Assembly: GCA_973895155.1 (NCBI GenBank)
Contig: OZ316894.1
Span: 19,010,805-19,074,804 of the forward strand
Reading direction: 5' to 3'
Source of the DNA: Marsupella aquatica
Taxonomy: Eukaryota > Plantae > Marchantiophyta
Length of the DNA: 64,000 nucleotides
The translations under genes were made by a program, and so were the position numbers. The notes beneath the pieces were generated by a model. That model saw nothing but the letters and a program-made list of their open reading frames with translations. It ran no database searches and was not told the origin of the DNA. Below, piece by piece: positions 58,008 through 64,000 of this stretch (positions are counted from its first letter, which is position 1; every line of letters starts with the position of its first letter).

Positions 58008-60429
58008 CAGTCTGATAGACTTTGTTGACCGAGTCTCAAATTAAAGGATAAGTGAGGTCAGGGCGGGACTACCTGGCTGTAACCCTGCATCCTCAATGTG
58101 AGAAAAAGCTTCAGAGCTTGGTAAACAGCTGAAAAACATGAGTGGTCTTTCTTCAACCAAAACCTAAAACCACCCCAGGAAAACATAGTAGATCTGGCTG
58201 GGCTTGCTGGCTCCATAGCCAACCCATCAGCTCGATTAGCTTAGAGTCAGGTTGTGGAGGTACACTTGTGGATATACTGTGTGTGAAGGGCTTTTTGGCT
58301 CTTTGGTCGCTTTTCTCTTCTACATACGGTGTCTCAAAGCATACTTAGGATAAAAGAGGTCTGGGTGGGGTTACTTGGCTTAACTGTGCATCCAGGCGAA
58401 CATCAAGGATGTGAGAACCAGCTGACCAGCGGCCTATATCAAGGACTGAGAGAAAAGAAGGGAAAGTCCAACGAGCCAAAAAGCCCTATATACAGAGTTC
58501 ATTCAGCAGCAATTAATTGGACCAATTCATAGACATTGGACCAAGCAAGGGCGCTTTGGTGAACATTTGGGACACATAGACATTGGAAAAATTATTTGAG
58601 TGTAAATTTTGTCCAAAAGAAGTTTGCCAAACAATACAATTATAGACACAAAAATAGCACCAAGGAGAAGAAAATATTGGTTGTCCAGTTGTAACTTTTT
58701 TCCCTACAAGATTTTCATTCCAAGTTTACAGTTTGGTCCCTTACTTTTGGGCCCCAACCCGTGACTAATTGGGACTATAACTTTCAGACTGTGACTCCGT
58801 TGGCAATGCTAGACATAACATTGCGATCAGGTTGGCTGGGAGCTCATGATGGTGCTACCAGCAATCCCTCATGGCACCTTCCTTAACGTGTCCTCTTGGA
58901 CTGAGGGGGTATCACAATGGGTCTACAACACATCACAAGCTAGGCATCAACAAAACAAACAAAAGCCATGGGATGACAACGTGTTTTTGTTCTTTGGCAC
59001 TGTAAAGTATATACCATGTTGTGCCTTGCCCTTAGTGGTAATCAAAAAAGTTGATGCTATGATGGAAGACAATGTTTCACTTTGGGACTCTGATAGACCA
59101 AGCTCACTTAACACCCCAAACAAAGAGTATTTGGACTGGGCTTCCACCACAGTTAGCAAGGTTTCATGCTCCCGCTACCAGGTTGACAGCAAGGATCCGC
59201 ATTCACTACCAGGGGATGGGTGAAGTGGCATGCTATGGGATTCGTGTGGCCTGCCAGTGGGACAAGCATCCCCTTTGTCCATGCAGGTTGTGGAGGTACA
59301 GTTCAGGGTACTGTTTAGACTGGGCTGTGCTATGCCTTGCCTTAGTGGTACCCAAAATGTTGATGCTAAGATGGACCATAATGTTGGACTTTGGGACTCC
59401 AATAGACCAAGCTCACTTTGACACCCAAACCAGGTACACTATTCACCGTAATTAGTGTTATGTAAGAATTAGAGTTACTACAAATCGAGCACAAAAATTT
59501 GGTGAAAGTGACTTTGAGTCCAAGTAACACTAGTTTTTGTTGGTTTTTCAGAATAGTTTTTTCCACTTTTGTTTAGATTACTAATAAAAAATGGGTTAAC
59601 ACTAGTACTTGTGGATTTTTCAAGATAGTTTTTTCCCACAGTAACACTATTTCATGTGCGCGGAAACAATGTTATGACAAAATTAGTGCAACTAAAACAA
59701 ATTCACGAGTAGACCCTGAAAATTGGCGCTCTCAATGCACTACTAGCAAGAGTGGAAAACTTGCTGTACTGCAACACTGAAGCGAGAACCTGGCTTCTTG
59801 AAAACCATTTTAAGTTATACAAAGGAAAGGTGGTAACTAAGTGAAGAGTAACATTTCAAAGTGGTCCATGTGAGTGGCAATGGTCTATCCAAGCATCATG
59901 GCAAATATGATGGTCCTGAGCTTCAAAGTCAGTGATCTACAGTAGGTTGCAATTTGAAAAAGCTCTGATGGACTTCGTTGTTTGAAAGAGAAGTCAACTG
60001 AGCCATTCTGAAACATTGCTTGTTACTCAGATGGTATTGTTCTTTTGTATGAGTGCTCACATTATTTGGTCTATCTGAGTATTTTGATCAAACATTGTGG
60101 TCTATATAAGCATCCACTTCTTTGAATTCAGGATGGTCACGATTGAGACACATCATTCCCTCTAAAGTTGGCCAAATCATTCCCACTAAAGTTAGGCCAG
60201 CTTTGAACAGAGAACAAGTGGCCAAGATTTGGTCACAGCTAAACCCTAAACCACTTTGGTAACCATCCTGTCCTCGTACTCCTTTGTGTATTCAGGACTA
60301 AAGTAGTAGTATTTTGGACTACCCTACCCTGGGAGTGAGTTTGGGGATCCTCCACAAATTCTTCTTTTTTCTTTTGGGGTCCTGCCACTATTACTTCTCA
60401 CTTCAGTCAATCAAACCAAATATACACAC

Positions 60430-62758
60430 TTTTTATATACAAAGGGACCAATCAGAGTACAAATGAACAAACAAAAGAGGGCCCAAGTGGACAAAACCAA
60501 TCGAAAAAGAAGTGAGCAAAAGGGAACCACTAAACACCAAGAAAGAGTAACTAAAAGTAAGAAATGAGCAATAGGGAACCCCTAAAAACCAAGAAAGAGA
60601 GACTAAAACTAACCCAAGCGGACCGAGGTCCTCATCATTCCTAGTGAATGTGGCAAAAAGCTACTGGTCCACATCAAGGGTCAAAACTAGATCGGCAAGT
60701 GGGATTGGAACATCCTCTAGGGGAGCTAGCCGCTGCGGAGGCACACTAGCACCCACTGTAAGAGATCGACGATAGATGGCCCGAGCTTGAGCACGCTGCA
60801 AGGTGACTGAAATGCGTTGGTGAAAGTGCGTGGTCAAAATAGAAAGCGGGGGTCCGGTGGGACCCATGTGGCCATGAACATCCCGGGCAGCTTGCCGAAG
60901 AAGCCCATCAAACTGAGGATGAAGACGCCCAAATAGCTCCAGAGCAAGGGGAGGAAGCTGTCGGATGAAGCTCGTGTAGCATATTTGGCCTCCTTTGTTG
61001 TTGCCGCACGTGACGCTGCTGCCCCTGCCGTAGTTGCCGCTGTCCCAATGATGTCTTGGCGCAATGGGTTTTCCACCACTACATCTGCCAATGTACGTTG
61101 ACCCTCACGGACCATGGTAAGATCCACCCGTAACCGCTGTGATGGAGGACCAGGTAACTCGAGTACCACCTCCCGCCGCACGCATACCAAAGAGCCAGAG
61201 AGAACCTGAGCAGTCGCATCTTGCACAGCGTCGTGTACAATAATGGTTTCACCTCCCAAACTGCACCGAAGAAGATGGACACCTGTGGCATCACAAGGCT
61301 TCCCACAAGTGCAAGAAGGAGGTAAACCTGCAAGAAGTGGGTGGGGCAGCCCCATACGAAGACGCATGGCTGTGGAGAACCGTTGAAGACATCCGCAAAT
61401 GAGGAATGACTGGATTGGCCTGAAGCCATCCACCTGCGCCCTTCCCTCCGGAAGAAAGAATCCGAGCTCGGTCCCGTGTCAGGTGCCTCGGAGAGGATGC
61501 TGGAAAGGGTGAAAGCGTGCATACGCCCAGCGAGGTCTGCCTGAAGACGAACAGGATCCAAGGATAAAAACTCCTGAAAAGAAGGTAACGCGGCGCGAAC
61601 GGGATCTGGTAATAAGGACCACGTTGCACGCAAATGAACCTGAAACGGGAGGGAACCCTCCTCTACCTCCATGAGAGATGAAAGTAAAAAAGGGCAATCC
61701 TCAACAAGAAAACGATCGGCCAACAATGAGAAGGCGGCCGCCCACGCACCCAAAAAGGCCAAAGGTGCAAGGCTCTCAATGGAAGTAAGCCCAAAACCAC
61801 CCTGCAAAATAGGAAGACTGAGTTGTCGATGAAGCCACGGAGATGAGAGCAACGTACCCGGCCCCAAAAGAGAGGCCAGGGTCTGACGAATGGAGACATC
61901 AAATGCTCGAAGGTGGAGACAAAGATCCTCGGTAGGGGGATGCGTCCTAGCAAGATAAGACGCACGAGGGTGGATGCACCTCAACAACATCCCAAATGCT
62001 GCCTGAGAATCTGCTAACTTAGGGAGCATAGGAGTAGAGGCTAAGGCAGCCTGTAGAGAGTCAACGATGAAAGAGGAGCAAAAGGAGGCGATACCGACTG
62101 GGGAGCCAAGGACCCGAAGACCATCGGTTGGACGTAAGAACCTTGGGGGAAGCGCAAGATCAGAGGGTAACCTAGCTGGACTCCATGCACGACTCTTCAC
62201 AGGCTGAACTCGTAAACCGAGGCCCATCAAATGGGTGGAAAGAGTGGCGAGGGCAGAAGTAACCGCGGCAGGAGGACCAATGATGTGGGTGTCATCTGAA
62301 AGGGAGGGGAAGATACACTGGGGGTGGGCCATGGCGGCTTCCCGTAAAGCTGTAAAATGGGCAATGGCAAAAAGAGGCCCACCCAAAGGGTCACCCTGAC
62401 GAGTACCTTCTGCAGAGGAAAGAGTGGTATACACACCTATAGAGGAGTGATGACTATAGAAGAGTGGGGCCTCGAGTCCATAAAAATAATGGACAAAGGG
62501 GATCAGGGACTGGATGTCTGGATCCGCCACCCTCAAAGCACGAAAAATGGCTGCCCGAGAAACCGTATTAAAAGCGTTAGAGACATCAACCTGGAGGACT
62601 ACCCAATCAGGGTGGAGGTCCAAGGTAGCTCGAATACCCGCAATAACTGTCTCACAACCATCAGGAACGCCAACTGCAAACTGATGTGGAGAGAGATGAT
62701 CCGATAGTGCAGAGCGAAACTGCGAGGAAAGTGTGCGAGACACAAGCCGAAGAAAAGC
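60430..62758 (-). mobile_element. 5'-truncated non-LTR retrotransposon with restriction-like endonuclease (CRE-like clade)
   Basis: RT motifs QFAVG...GCE, VDVSNAFNTVSR, GTRQGDPLGGPLF, SLSDDTHIIG, GLRVLGSPVG and LPILQGGFGL. These are followed by CCHC finger CTCGKPCDATGVHLLRC, RLE-type HDAVQD...RREV...RVD...LADVVV and C-terminal RISVTLQRAQA. Two frameshifts (~61.46 kb, ~60.92 kb). An A-rich tail lies near 60430. End coordinates are approximate. Confidence 0.88.
60661..62743 (-). pseudogene. RT-ZnF-endonuclease ORF of the CRE-like element (5' truncated, frameshifted)
   Basis: ORFs 61079..62743, 60834..61433 and 60661..60867 join into one protein across two frameshifts. Confidence 0.85.
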
Positions 62759-64000
62759 AGGCTGGAAAAAGTTGGACTGACATAATTGGTGAAATTCATA
62801 GCAGGCTGAGCCATGCCTACCTTCTCATCTTTCTAGTTGTTCTTTGGTTCTCCTTGAGCCACTGATTCATTGAGAAAAGGACAACAGAAATCATGGGCAA
62901 GGGTTATGCACTAGTACTTGCATAATTAAGTGTATAGCTGATGACAATCCAAAAAACTCTCTGAGATTATTCCAAAAATGAATTCATCGCTACAAGGAGC
63001 AGGGTAGTCAAAGTGTAGCACTTTGATATGAGTTGCACATTTCACTTGAGGCCCAAGTTCTGAATATTACTGGGACTTGCGGCTCTCTTCCGGAACTTTC
63101 AGGTGCGACATTTAGAATAAAATAATCATGAGGTGGAAAACCTGCCCCAAATTTTATTTCCAAAAGTGGCAAGTCTACTTATACATTAGAGACACTGGAA
63201 ACACCGTATGTAGTTGGTCTCTTCTAGGCTTTGGCCTCAAGCTAGCTAACCGTAGCTCTCACTTTGGCTTAGGCTGCTACGTTGGGTACCTCTCATTTTT
63301 TCTCCTACCTGAGCTCCTACCTAGGGTGATATCTCGCCTTCTAGGGTTGTGCTTAATACCTGACCCACAAATTGCACGGGGAGGGCTTGTTCTTTACCCA
63401 ATTGGCTTTTATGGAATAAAGTTCCAGGCCTTCTATGCCTTTCATAAAATTAAAAAATTAAAAAGAAAATTCATTGGAGACATTGTTTTAATGGTATGAG
63501 TGTTGTGAAAACCCAGTGAGGGATATACTTATAACATACCTAATCTAGGAGTCATCTTGCATGAGACTTCTCACCCTACTGTCCCCTGGCCCACACATCT
63601 GGAAAAACACTGGTGCTTCTAACGTGAGTGACAGGAGGTGTCAAGAAGACACTGACTGATAACCTCAGTCTTTGTTGTTTCTGAAAAGTTCCTACAAAGA
63701 ATACAGATGAACTAGCAAAGAACAGCAAAATAGAAGAGTAGCTAGCAACGACCATTGAAGTAAGACCTTGATCTTGGAGGTCTCACCCAATATAGATATA
63801 TGTATCACGTTCAACTGGTTACTTTCCTCGTATGTTTCTCCTGCACACTTGTTCATTTTTGGGTCATTTAGAACTTACTGTGTTTTCTAGGACAACTGAC
63901 ATGCCAGACGGCCCTAAACCCAACTTAAGCTGTCAATTGAGAAATATGAAAAAAAAATCATTGCCATTCCTTCCAAGTTTGAATATCTTTACCTTAGGTC

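Overview
Eukaryotic genomic DNA with GT-AG introns and microsatellites, from a non-seed land plant. A liverwort is most likely, inferred from an intron-containing microbial-type terpene synthase. From left to right the window holds: (1) a complete but decayed Ty1/copia LTR retrotransposon (65-6372) nested in a fossil of a CRE-like non-LTR element; (2) an 11-exon ABCC/MRP transporter apparently lacking TMD0; (3) a ~2.5-kb inverted duplication carrying two divergently oriented, intronless His/Arg/Gly-rich ORFs of unknown family; (4) a 4-exon microbial-type terpene synthase-like (MTPSL) gene preceded by a probable decayed paralog end; (5) a nodulin-like/NFD4-type MFS transporter; (6) a Tau-class glutathione S-transferase with an intronless CDS; (7) a 15-exon TMCO4/DUF726 alpha/beta-hydrolase-like gene with possible hidden in-frame cassette exons; (8) a repeat-rich block with an 80-bp minisatellite; (9) a 5'-truncated CRE-like non-LTR retrotransposon. 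The best candidates for an undescribed system are the His-rich inverted gene pair and the MTPSL + GSTU + ABCC + MFS neighbourhood, a possible terpenoid synthesis/conjugation/sequestration cluster. All calls were made by eye with no database searches, and exon boundaries were inferred from splice signals and reading-frame continuity.
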